The notes under the pieces were generated by a model. That model did not search any database, was not told the DNA's origin, and worked only from the letters and a program-made list of their open reading frames with translations. The translations under genes and the position numbers were made by a program. A stretch of DNA of 63,850 nt, the filler included, from Octopus bimaculoides (Eukaryota): assembly GCF_001194135.2 (NCBI RefSeq). It is 6 parts of 6 records of this genome, joined end to end, with 100 filler letters (N's around TTAATTAATTAA, not from the genome) between each part and the next. Parts side by side here need not be neighbours in the genome. Positions count along the whole stretch, not along the records: positions 1 to 30,186 come from NC_068999.1; 5 more parts are not named here. One strand, given 5' to 3'. This document shows positions 1-10,215 of the stretch, piece by piece (the first letter of the stretch is position 1; each line of letters starts with the position of its first letter).

Positions 1-2
1 AT

Positions 3-83
<81 letters not shown>

Positions 84-210
84 TGGATATATGCATACAT
101 ACATACATACATACATACATACATACATACATACATAGAGTGAGTAAGAGAGAGAAGACAGAGACAGAGAAGCAGGATGAGAGAGAGAGACAGAGAGAGA
201 GACAGAGAGA
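1..210. repeat. Compound microsatellite (GATA)n-(GACA)n-(CATA)n-(GA)-rich
   Basis: Direct reading of tandem tetra- and dinucleotide units. Confidence 0.97.
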
Positions 211-903
211 AAGATTGAGAAATACATTCTGTATGACAAAAAAGAAATTAACATCCTGGACCCAATTAAGTTTCATCTCTACGAAGAAATCATCAGCAAG
301 TAAATGGTAAACATAGTTATATTGCAAGATCATTGATTTATGAAGTTCTGCATTTCCAGAAAATTGATCTGTGAGTGTGTGTGTGTGTGTGAATGGTAGG
401 AGAGGAAGAGATGAAGGTAGAAGGATGTAGAGAGAGGGAGAGAGAGCGAACGGGAGAGAGTGAGAGAGCGAAGTGAAAGCATTCTTATCACAAGAAAACG
501 TTGGCGAGAGAATCATGTTTTCTTTTTTTTTATCGTGTTCGATATATCTCTAATAATATTTTTTTAAATGTGTTTGCCGCGAAGGAAATCCATCTAATTA
601 CACATACAGTTATAGTTCCTTCTGTATATAGCGTTCTTATTTCGAAAAAGAAAAAAAAAAGGTGGGTAAAAGAATCAATATTGCTGAACTGCCAACATTA
701 TCTTCAAACATAAATGAATTTGTATCAACACATGTTTATAACTATATGTATGTTATTTCAAGACGTTGTACATAAGCAGAAATCTCTATCTTACTGGAAG
801 AATATATCTAAGAGTAAAGTGCGTAGGAATGTAGGAAGGTGTCGTATGTGTGCATGTATGTATGCACACATGCTCACTGATTACAAACAAGGGATATATT
901 TCC

Positions 904-920
904 AATAATAATAATAATAA

Positions 921-951
<31 letters not shown>

Positions 952-1019
952 AAGAAGAAGAAGAAGAAGAAGAAGAAGAAGAAGAAGAAGAAGAAGAAGA
1001 AGAAGAAGAAGAAGAAGAA
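904..1019. repeat. Compound trinucleotide microsatellite (TAA)n-(GAA)n
   Basis: AAT run from 904, switching to an uninterrupted GAA run of about 95 bp. Confidence 0.97.
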
Positions 1020-1140
1020 TGATATATAACTATACACACACACACACACACATACGTATATATATAATGAGTTGAAAGGGGCATATAATCCTGGTGGTTA
1101 CCGTATTTCCTCTTAAATTAGTTTCATATGCTGCTATTAA

Positions 1141-1176
<36 letters not shown>

Positions 1177-1346
1177 TATTAGTAGTAGTAGTAGTAGTAG
1201 TAGTAGTATCTCTCTTAGGTACAGCGATAGTAACAACGTGTGTTAGAATTCAATATCAATATGCTTCAGAAGAATACGTCAGCCGAGTGAAGAGCAGCAA
1301 TAAGAAATTAAAAGGACCAAGGAAATAAGATATATATGTGTGCGTG

Positions 1347-1378
<32 letters not shown>

Positions 1379-1504
1379 TATATGTCTTAGTTTAAGAAGG
1401 GATAAAATTTAGATGATCATTCTATCGTTATGATTTACATCAACATATTAAATACATATAACATAAAATTAAAGCAAGACAAGGAACGTATTTTTTTCTA
1501 ATTT

Positions 1505-1705
1505 AGGCACAAGGCTCGAAATTTTCGGGGAGGGGGCCAGTCGACGAGATCGACTTCAGTCGCAACTGGTACTTAATTTATCGACTCCGAAAGGATGAAA
1601 GGCAAAGTCGACCTGGGCGAAACTTGAACTCAGAACATAGAGACAGACGAAATACCGTTAAACATTTTGCCGGGCAGGCTAACGTTTCTGCCAGCTCGCC
1701 GCCTT
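1505..1705 (-). mobile_element. tRNA-derived SINE, family A, full length
   Basis: Minus strand starts AAGGCGGCGAGCTGGCAGAAACGTTAGC (A-box-like), has GAGTTCAAGTTTC (B-box-like) and the central GTCGACTTTGCCTTTCATCCTTTCGGAGTCGATAAATTAAGTACCAG. It aligns by eye with more than 10 other copies in the window. Confidence 0.9.
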
Positions 1706-1916
1706 GAATATATATCTATATGTTGTTTAGAATATAAATAAAAAATTATATGAGTTAAATATANNNNNNNNNNNNNNNNNNNNNNNNNNNNNNNNNNNNN
1801 NNNNNNNNNNNNNNNNNNNNNNNNNNNNNNNNNNNNNNNNNNNNNNNNNNNNNNNNNNNNNNNNNNNNNNNNNNNNNNNNNNNNNNNNNNNNNNNNNNNN
1901 NNNNNNNNNNNNNNNN

Positions 1917-1958
<42 letters not shown>

Positions 1959-2057
1959 ATATATAAACACGCACACACACACACACACACACACAGAGAG
2001 AGAGGCACAAATGTTTATTTGGATATTGCCTAATACTTATAAAAGGCCGACAGATAA

Positions 2058-2189
2058 AAATGGACATCAGTACGCGTGTGAACGAAACCAACACATCTTT
2101 TTTTCGCAATAAGCGTGCTGACCAATCACACCAATATACGTGAACGCAAGAAGTGGAGGTTCCATTCCCACACGTACTAATGTCCATTT
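2058..2189. mobile_element. Short MITE-like element with 21-bp terminal inverted repeats
   Basis: AAATGGACATCAGTACGCGTG (2058-2078) matches the reverse complement of 2169-2189 at 19/21 positions. No clear TSD. Confidence 0.5.
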
Positions 2190-2804
2190 ATTATTTTTAT
2201 TTTTCTGATAGGCATTTATATGAACTTGTGCGAAACGAGCAACCCTTTGTATTCTTGCGTATGTTTATCTATACGTGCCTATTTATATGCTTGTAGGTCT
2301 ATGGTTTTTTAGTCAATTTTGGTGAAAGCTTATAAACATATTTACAGAACTTCCACTCGTCACCGTCTCTTCATTTACGCAGAATACGCACACGTTTACA
2401 CACCACTACGAAATCAAACTGACAGACGAAAGGGAATGTGAAACTTTGTGTAGCAGTAATTTGCGATGTTTTGTGATGTTTTTGTACCTTTAATAATATT
2501 GCATATTACTTTACTTGCGGTATTCGAGTACTATTTTCCCCACATCGTTTCACATTTATGTGCATACTCTGGTATGTATATATATATAAGTATACATGCA
2601 CATACATACACGTTTGGACATGTAGACGTTTATGTATACAAGCAAAGCGAAAGTACTCTTCCACTATGTCCATAATAGATATGCCTACGATATATCTATA
2701 TGCATTTACATCCGTATGTGTATATATACAAATGCACAGACAGTATCAATATGTGAACAAAAAGAATGAAAGAATATCAAATAGGATCACTCATATACAC
2801 AGCC

Positions 2805-2867
<63 letters not shown>

Positions 2868-2897
2868 TGTGTGTGTGTGTGTGTGTAGATATATTCT

Positions 2898-3020
2898 TTT
2901 CATGCTGGAACACCGATTTTAGTTCAACAAATCAACCCCGGGACTTAGTCTTTGTAAGCCTAGCACTTATTCTGTGGGTCTCTTTTACCGAACCGCACGA
3001 CATCGGTTGTCAAGCGATGG
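2898..3020 (-). mobile_element. SINE-like interspersed repeat, family D fragment
   Basis: CATGCTGGAACACCG...CTTTGTAAGCCTAGCACTTATTCT...CATCGGTTGTCAAGCGATG. Related pieces appear at 7213-7265, 21835-21935 and 49443-49493. Family assignment is partly from recollection. Confidence 0.65.
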
Positions 3021-3111
3021 TGGTGGTGGTGGTGGTGGTGGTGGTGGGTGGATGGAGGTAAGCGCAAACACACAAGNNNNNNNNNNNNNNNNNNNNNNNN
3101 NNNNNNNNNNN

Positions 3112-3152
<41 letters not shown>

Positions 3153-3940
3153 ATACAGAAAGAAAGAGAGCGGGGTATGTAGATAAATAGATATGCAACT
3201 GTAGGAACATCTAAGTAATCGTGATAGTGTGCCTGTGTAGTTATATATGTGTTTCTGGATACAAGTGTGTGTGTCATGTGCGTGGTATATATATGTATGT
3301 TTATATATATATATATATAATATATGTTTATATATGTATGTATATATGTATGTCTGTGTGTATAGTTTTAGAGTTATAAATATACTTATAGACACAGAAA
3401 TATATATACATAAATACATGGATACAGTCACGTATGTACATACATGCATAGTCACATAGACATACAAACACATACATAAACTCATATAGCTAAAGATGCG
3501 ACAGAATCGAAAGCGTTGTTCGTTTCACACAAGTGCAATAAAGTCAATTGTTTGACATTTTTTAATGGGCAACCATGATGAACTAATGTTATCATGTGTT
3601 GTGAACTGAAACAAGTTAAAGCGGAAATTGAAATCTCATCACAAAATAGATGTATAGAAAAAAAAAACTGAAAATACAAGGCAGAAAAGTAACTACTGTA
3701 TATCATGCCTTACTTAGAAATACTAATGACAGTAATTAGATTAATGAGTTGTGAATCGCAAACTTGCTTCTTTTGTAAAGCTTAACTCTACACTGAGTGG
3801 CCAGTAACAACACAGTGTAACCATTTTTTTTTTGTTTTTTGGTTATTAAGTGTTATTTCCTAAGTGCTTCTATCCAGAAATCAAAGGAAATGACTACTAT
3901 TCCCTATTTTTCGTTTTATTTCAGATAGATTCAACGCTGA

Positions 3941-4020
3941 CTTCCTGAAACAGAATCTTCTAGAAATTTCAAAAGCTCTCGAGAAGTTTCGAAAAGTTTC
4001 AAGAATTTCTAGAACGTTCT
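3941..4020. promoter_or_regulatory. Heat-shock-element (nGAAn/nTTCn) array
   Basis: One 5-bp register has GAA 3953, TTC 3958, GAA 3963, TTC 3968, (aag 3973), (ctc 3978), GAA 3983, TTC 3988, (aaa 3993), TTC 3998, GAA 4003. A shifted register adds TTC 4007, GAA 4012, TTC 4017, and upstream there is TTC 3942/GAA 3947. Confidence 0.7.
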
Positions 4021-4037
4021 GGCAATATAGATGCCAG

Positions 4038-4044
4038 TATAAAT
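4038..4044 (+). promoter_or_regulatory. TATA box candidate downstream of the HSE array
   Basis: TATAAAT, 18 bp after the last TTC pentamer. A CCAGTT Inr-like motif lies at 4058-4063, with shorter spacing than canonical. Confidence 0.45.
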
Positions 4045-4207
4045 TACTTCTAGCTCTCCAGTTGTAGACAAGCTTGAAAAATCTTTCATATTGCTAGGGA
4101 TAAGCAAACAGGAAATGAAAGTGGCTACCCAAGGACAAAATCGTGTTACAGAGTGTAATTCTTTATAGTTTGAGAACAAGGTAATTGATATTGAGGACAT
4201 GGAGCAA

Positions 4208-4373
4208 GGCGGTTTCATCGAATCCAGCGTTCAACTAGCTCTTACTTTATCGCTCCGGATTGGATGGAAAGCAAAGTCGAACTCGACGGAATTTGAACTC
4301 AGAACGTAAGACCGGAAGAAATGCCGCTAAGCATTTTGCCTGACATGCTAATATTCGACCAGCTTGTCGATTT
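4208..4373 (-). mobile_element. SINE family A, diverged
   Basis: GGAATTTGAACTCAGAACGTAAGAC...AAATGCCGCTAAGCATTTTG matches 1505-1705. Confidence 0.85.
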
Positions 4374-4435
4374 CTATAGGGCATTAATTAAAATAATGAG
4401 CGTTTCTAATTTAAGCAAAACATCTGTAATATTGA

Positions 4436-4592
4436 TGAGTCGATTACGTCGAGCTTGACTAGTGCTTTATATTACAGACCCCCGAAAGAATGAAAGGCAA
4501 ATCAGTCTTGCCAAGGTTTGATCTCAGAATGTGAAAAGTCGGGACAAATACCATAAAGTATTTTGTCCAACGCTTTAATGATTCTGCCAATA
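4436..4592 (-). mobile_element. SINE family A, strongly diverged
   Basis: GACCCCCGAAAGAATGAAAGGCAAA...TTTGATCTCAGAATGT...GATTCTGCCAA. Confidence 0.7.
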
Positions 4593-4637
4593 TGGAACCC
4601 TTAACCATAACAATGATTGTTGCTGCTGTTGTTGTTT

Positions 4638-4825
4638 ATGTTTAGCTAAAGGACAGACCTGATTGAGCAGATATTTAATAAACGGCATTACAGATGTTCC
4701 TATCCTGTCTATTTTTCAAATATAGTGTATTTAGACCTATATTACTCAACAATTCTTCCTATTTTCATAACGGTAATTATAGATTTTGCTGTTATTTCTA
4801 GCAGGCCTAACAACTTCGCAGACAG
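4638..4825 (+). repeat. Unclassified interspersed repeat, family E/F
   Basis: 5' motif TTTAGCT...CTGATTGAGCAGA...GGCATT and 3' motif GATTTTGCTGTTATTTCTAGCAGG. These motifs recur at 5008-5080, 6260-6340, 19865-19960 (rc), 21425-21480, 21545-21770, 53945-54065 (rc), 58450-58530, 58850-59025 and 59290-59335. Strand is arbitrary. Confidence 0.6.
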
Positions 4826-6723
4826 TCTCTTGTAAATGACTTTATTCATGGGAACAAAGTTTAGAATTTGTAGATGAAGGATGTAATCAATAATCTTATA
4901 AACTCCACTAGTTCCTGTTATGTCGATCCTGGAGGGATGAAAGAACAAGTTGATTCTGGTGAGACTTGAAATCAAAGCATAATAAAGTAATTAAATACTA
5001 CGAGTAGTTGTTTAGCCCCGGGTGAACACTGATCGAGCGGTTATACGATTAAAGACATTCCGATCTACATCCTTCCTCTCAAACTAGTGAGTTTCTCTCG
5101 TGAAAATTGTATGCAAGTAGCATTGTGTCATATGAAATACATTTTCTAATAGAAATTTTCAGAATCAGTTCGATTGTTGCAAAAGCTTATTTTCTATTTT
5201 AACTCTGCCTATTCCCTTGGAATTGGTAAACATGACTAAATATATGAACAAAGTTTTATAATTGATTATCATTGTTAAATGAAAGAAACGTGAAATGACT
5301 AAATGAAAGATTATATTCATTGCTGAAATCCCTGTGCTTCTCCTTTCATCTCTAGAAAATATGTTGGCTGAATAATGTAAAAGAAAGGCGTTTCAAATGA
5401 CAGCCATTTTGAAATGGTGAAACTATTGGCTATAGAATGATATCGGTGAAGGATAAAGTGGAAGAAAAACATTGAACAATCAAGATAATTTCCAGTCATT
5501 CACTTTACAATTTCGGTACATAAAGCAATATGGTGAAATATTTTAGTCATGTAATTAGTAAAGAAGTTTGCTACATTTTCGAACAATGGCGTAGAGTTAT
5601 TGGATTCTAAACGGAACAGAAATGTTTTGTATTTCTTAACTAATAATTCTAACGAATGCGTTTCAAGTGTAATATTTCCTTAAAAATCGTATGTAATTTG
5701 AGCATTATCCCGCTTTTAAATATCCATTTATTAACCAAAAGAATGTATAAAATGAATGTTTAAATCTGTAACGAATTCCTTAAAATCAATCAATCATTTT
5801 ATTCAGCTACATGAAAAAGGAAATAGAATGACAAGACCAGAGACAAATTAAGAGGCACTTATGCGATAATTTAAGAAATTTCGGAGTCTAAAAATCTGAT
5901 TCATATAATTGCAAGCAATTATTGCAAATTGATAAATGTAAATTATATTTCAGTTTTTGTATTCTTTAATTAAGCTGTGTTGAGCAAGTATTAATGTAGA
6001 CCGTTTCATAATGTAACTTTTGCAGAAAGAGAAAAAAACATTCGTTGACATGTGTCAATTGCACTCATTTATCTGGAAAATATCGATGGAAATAGAGTGG
6101 CAATACTATTAATATTACCTATGTTAATATATATTAATATAACTCTTGAAATATTACTGTAGTTGTGTGGATGGAGTGTCGCTTCAACAACTCTGCGAAA
6201 GTAACATACGTTCGTATCATACCATCAGCTATGTGTTGTTGTTTGTTGCTATTCCTATTTCTTTAGTTGTTTAGCGCCAGGGCAGTTCTGGTTGATCATA
6301 CTCGTGTTCAAAGATAATCCATTCATGAATCTCGCATCATTTTGTATGTCAGGTGCCTCAACATCCTTTATGTCCTTCTTTTATTTAAGACAGGAAGATA
6401 AAGATTGAGTATGCTTTGGTTACTATCTCTTGCAGGTTGACGGAACACGTGAAGACTTCTATACTTTATTAAGATATTCAGCTCTGATTTCCATTTACTT
6501 AAGTTTAATTCTGTTACTGACTGAACATTCATATCAGGTGGTACAGAAGGTTTTGTCTCATTAGAATTTGAGCGTGTTGAATCTTCATTTTGTTTTTTGT
6601 TTTTTTTGTAAAATCTATAAATATCGTTGGCATCCATTGATGCATAATCATATCATGAAGAGTTCCCGCGGAGGCAAGAACCATATTTTACAATGGCCAT
6701 ATTCTATATGAAGAACTATTCAT

Positions 6724-7190
6724 GAACCAAGCAAAGAGCATATTCGTCACATTAAGCTTTACGAGTGTTATTGATGTTGCAATACAAACGAAGCAGCAAA
6801 AATGTTCAAAAGGCTTATGGCCAACATGCTGTAAATGAAAAAAGACGTTGCAGAAAGGCTCATGAAACAATTCTAGTTTTTTAAATGAGTTCAGAGTAAA
6901 ACATCCTTCATAATTGAATGAAGAGCTGCTAGAAGCAACACTTGCAAGGAATCCTGCTGTGATGATGAGAGGGCTTTCATCTCAATTTAATGTTAGTATT
7001 ATGGATATTCATAATCATTTGGAGAAGCAAGGAAACGTTTCAGGGTTTGAGAAACTGAAGTTGAGAAAAGGATTCTTTGCAGATATTTTAAGCGTTACAG
7101 ACAGCTGCTCAGCCCAAATCTAATATCCGGTGTTTCATTCACGAAGACAACTCCATTCAAAGAACAATTTATAGACGGTTTAGTGGAATA
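6724..7190 (+). pseudogene. Decayed mariner-family transposase, N-terminal HTH region
   Basis: Frameshifted translation EPSKEHIRHIKLYE / KNVQKAYGQHAVNEKRRCRK / NEELLEATLARNPAVMMRGLSSQFNVSIMDIHNHLEKQGNVS resembles mariner KEHIRH.LLYEF, AYG..AV.ER and NP..T.RELA..L.VS..TI..HL..GKV motifs. Confidence 0.75.
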
Positions 7191-8774
7191 ATTTCCACGT
7201 ATTTTTCTTTATCTTTTACTTGGTTCAGTCATTTGAGTGCCGCCATTCTGGGCAGCGCCTTGGAGGGGTTTTGTTGAAATATATATATCTCGGGAAATAT
7301 AAAGAAGAATTCTTCATTAGAAAGTACAAACCACTACACAATACAAAAAGGATATTCCACCTCTTTGCTTTAAAAACGGATGCATATATCCAAATACAAG
7401 TGGATGACACCCACACTTTCAATCATTCGATCGTTGAAGAGAAGAATAACCCTCGGAGGTACACTACTATTTCATTAATCCCCTTCTCCCAAAGGGTATG
7501 TGAACTTAAAAACTTGAGGAGTACAGATAGGTATACATTAGTGTGTGTGTGTGTGTGTGTGTGTATGCTTGTGTATGTGGGTGTATATAAATATGCGGGT
7601 GTGAATGCATGTGCAAATATATGGGTACGTATGAACAAGAAAATATGTATGTGAATGTCTGTTTATATATGTATATATATGTATATATATATGTATGTAT
7701 TTATATATTTGTATATATGTATATATAGGTGTATGTGTGTGTATATATATATATATGTGTGTATGTACATATATATGTATGTATCGGTGTGTGTGTGTAT
7801 GTATGTATGTATATATATATATATATATATATAAATGTATATATATATACGTATATCTATATATGTATGTATATGTATGTACGTATATATATGTATACTT
7901 TTGTATGTTTAAATGTAGGGAAATAAATATGTGACCTATAATATTCTCCTCTCCACCTCCCTTCTTAAAACAAAATTAAACAGTACATTTCTATCAAGAA
8001 ACATTCCAAAACTCTCTGCTATCATCCCCTTTTTCATCGAAAGACATGTATCTTACCCCTTCTTTAACACCCCACCCCACCACGTCACACACCTAAACTT
8101 ATCTTTAATAGAAAATTACTGAAGTTTCTCTTTATCAAATTAAGATAGTTGATTCAGCCGTAAGAAAAACTTTTAAAAATATCTGACTATTATATTTTTC
8201 ACCAAATGTCAACTATTCAAATGGAACCAGCAAGAGGGACTTTCAAAGATGCTCCCATAAGTACCAAAAGTAAAATTTGGAATTTATGGAGGGTCAAAGT
8301 TGGGAACAAGAACAGGACAGTGAAGACATACAAGGAACCCGAACGAAAACAAACATGGAGGTTCATTAGACAAGAACGAGGGTAAAATAGGGAACGCTGA
8401 AGAAATATTTTCATTGACAAGAGAAAAGATTGAAAAGAGCGATAGGATACGTCAAGTCCGTACGACAGTCCTGAAAGAAAAGAAAGATGATCACGTGCGG
8501 AAAAGAAAGATCGACAATGGTCACGTGTGAGTAACGAGAGAGAGAACAGGAGAAAGAGGTAGAATGAGAGAGAGAGGCGGGGATAGAAAACGATGAAGGA
8601 GAGAAAAAAGGGAATTAGAGAAAGGATGAGAGAGAAAACGATGGAGGAGAAAGACAATATAGAGTAGAGTCGCCTCAAAAAGATTAAGATAGATTTATTT
8701 GGAAATGGATGCGTGACGGTCGATCGAATAATAATATAAATAATATATATATATATATGGGTACAAGGCAACTT

Positions 8775-9098
8775 CAAAATGGCCCTCCGTCGGTTACGAC
8801 GACGTGGGTTCCTGTTGATCCGATCAGCAGAACAGTCTGTACGTGAAATTAATGCACAAGAGATGGAGCACTCCACGGACACGCATATCTTTAAGGTAGT
8901 TCTCAGAGAGATTCAGCGTGACACAGAATTGGACAAGGCTGGCCATTTGAAATACAGGTACTACTCATTTTTGTTGAGTGGACTGGAGCAACGTGAAATA
9001 AAGTGTCGTGCTCAAGGACACAGCGCGTCTCCGGAAACCGAACACATGACCTCACGATCCTGAGTTAAATAACCTAAACACTAAGCTACGTGCCTTCA
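8775..9098 (-). mobile_element. tRNA-derived CORE-type SINE, family B, near full length
   Basis: Minus strand TGAAGGCACGTAGCTTAGTGTTTAGG head, then TGTGTCCTTGAGCACGACACTTTATTTCACGTTGCTCCAGTCCACTC, which is CORE-like (compare MIR GTGACCTTGGGCAAGTCACTT). A second copy is at 46261-46380. Confidence 0.8.
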
Positions 9099-9725
9099 TA
9101 CACACAAATTACGCACAAATGGAGAAAGAGTCAGTTTCTAACCTAGAAATAAGATACATTCAATGTAATTTAAGATTAAGCAAGGTAGTCTTCTATGTAT
9201 GTATGTATACAGATATGTGCACTTGTATGCATGTACAAATGTGTGAATATACAAATGTATATGTACATCTACACACACGGGCGCAGACATGGACTGCGTT
9301 GTATGGAGAATCTTCTTACACGTTGTGTTTATAAATCTTTTACATATTTTGACAGTATCATTGATCGATAGCTTCTAGCTGTAATCTTCTGATTAGTTGT
9401 CATAAAATATTCAGATTTAAAAATTCCGTAGTCTATGACGTTTGAAAAGATGTACTCTTCAGCACAAAATTTAAGTTACACATTGCAAATGTGTGTCACT
9501 AAGTCGAATTTAATATTAAAGAAAGTAGGCGTTAAATGCAGTATCAAAACCTTGTTTCTGGGTAAGTCCCAAATAGTGTCTGCAGAGAACGTTCACCACT
9601 TATGGCTACCAGACATCATCAGCGATACTGTGCGTTTGTCTTTGGATCTACGTCTGGAATTCCAAGGTATACGTAGGGTATATTTTAAGAGATAAATACA
9701 GAGGTTAACAAGAAGCATTTATTAG

Positions 9726-9831
9726 CACAACAATCGTTTCGGCTTCATATTGCACTGGTCCCCATTGGGCGTGGAACGCTGTAATAACACCAGATGCCAC
9801 GCACAGTGCAAAAGAGCCTCTTCAGGTTACA
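9726..9831 (-). ncRNA. Hammerhead ribozyme motif, type I, long stem II
   Basis: Minus strand: TGTAAC CTGAAGA (9825-9819), GGCT...AGCC stem II with inner TTGCACTG/CAGTGCAA and GCGTGG/CCACGC helices, GAAAC (9740-9736), then GATTGTTGTG. Stem I/III pairing is imperfect. Confidence 0.6.
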
Positions 9832-10046
9832 TAGTATGTTTCACGAGAAAGTGAGGAGGGTTTGGTTGGGAAGAAAATAAAAGAATAAAAACACAAAGCT
9901 TCTAACATGAATCGGGTGGAGGTGCTAATATTTAAGGTCAAGAAGTTATTGCTAAAAAATAAAAAATGTTAAGATTTTAGTGTATATGGAGGGTCATTAG
10001 CTAGAACGAATCAGCATGTGTAAGCTTCTGATGTTTGGTGGTTACG

Positions 10047-10215
10047 GCAGTCAAGCATAACACCATGTGATCAACTAGTACTTATTTTATCGACCTCCTA
10101 AATGATGAAAGGCAAAGTCGATCTTGGCGGAATTTGAATTCAGAAGGTAAAGACGGACGAGATGCCTTTAAGAATTTTGTCCGGATTTCTAAAGATCCTG
10201 CCAGCTTACCATCTT
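10047..10215 (-). mobile_element. SINE family A
   Basis: TACTTATTTTATCGACC...GATGAAAGGCAAAGTCGATCTTGGCGGAATTTGAATTCAGAA. Confidence 0.85.

Noticed and set aside
2205-2245. Hammerhead-like CTGATAG GCA...TGC GAAAC
   Set aside because: Core is altered and there is no GUH/stem III or stem I.
8290-8640. Purine-rich block resembling a Penelope-associated non-coding repeat; 221-aa minus-strand ORF over it
   Set aside because: Similarity is from memory only, with no second copy here. The ORF is a low-complexity L/S/F translation.
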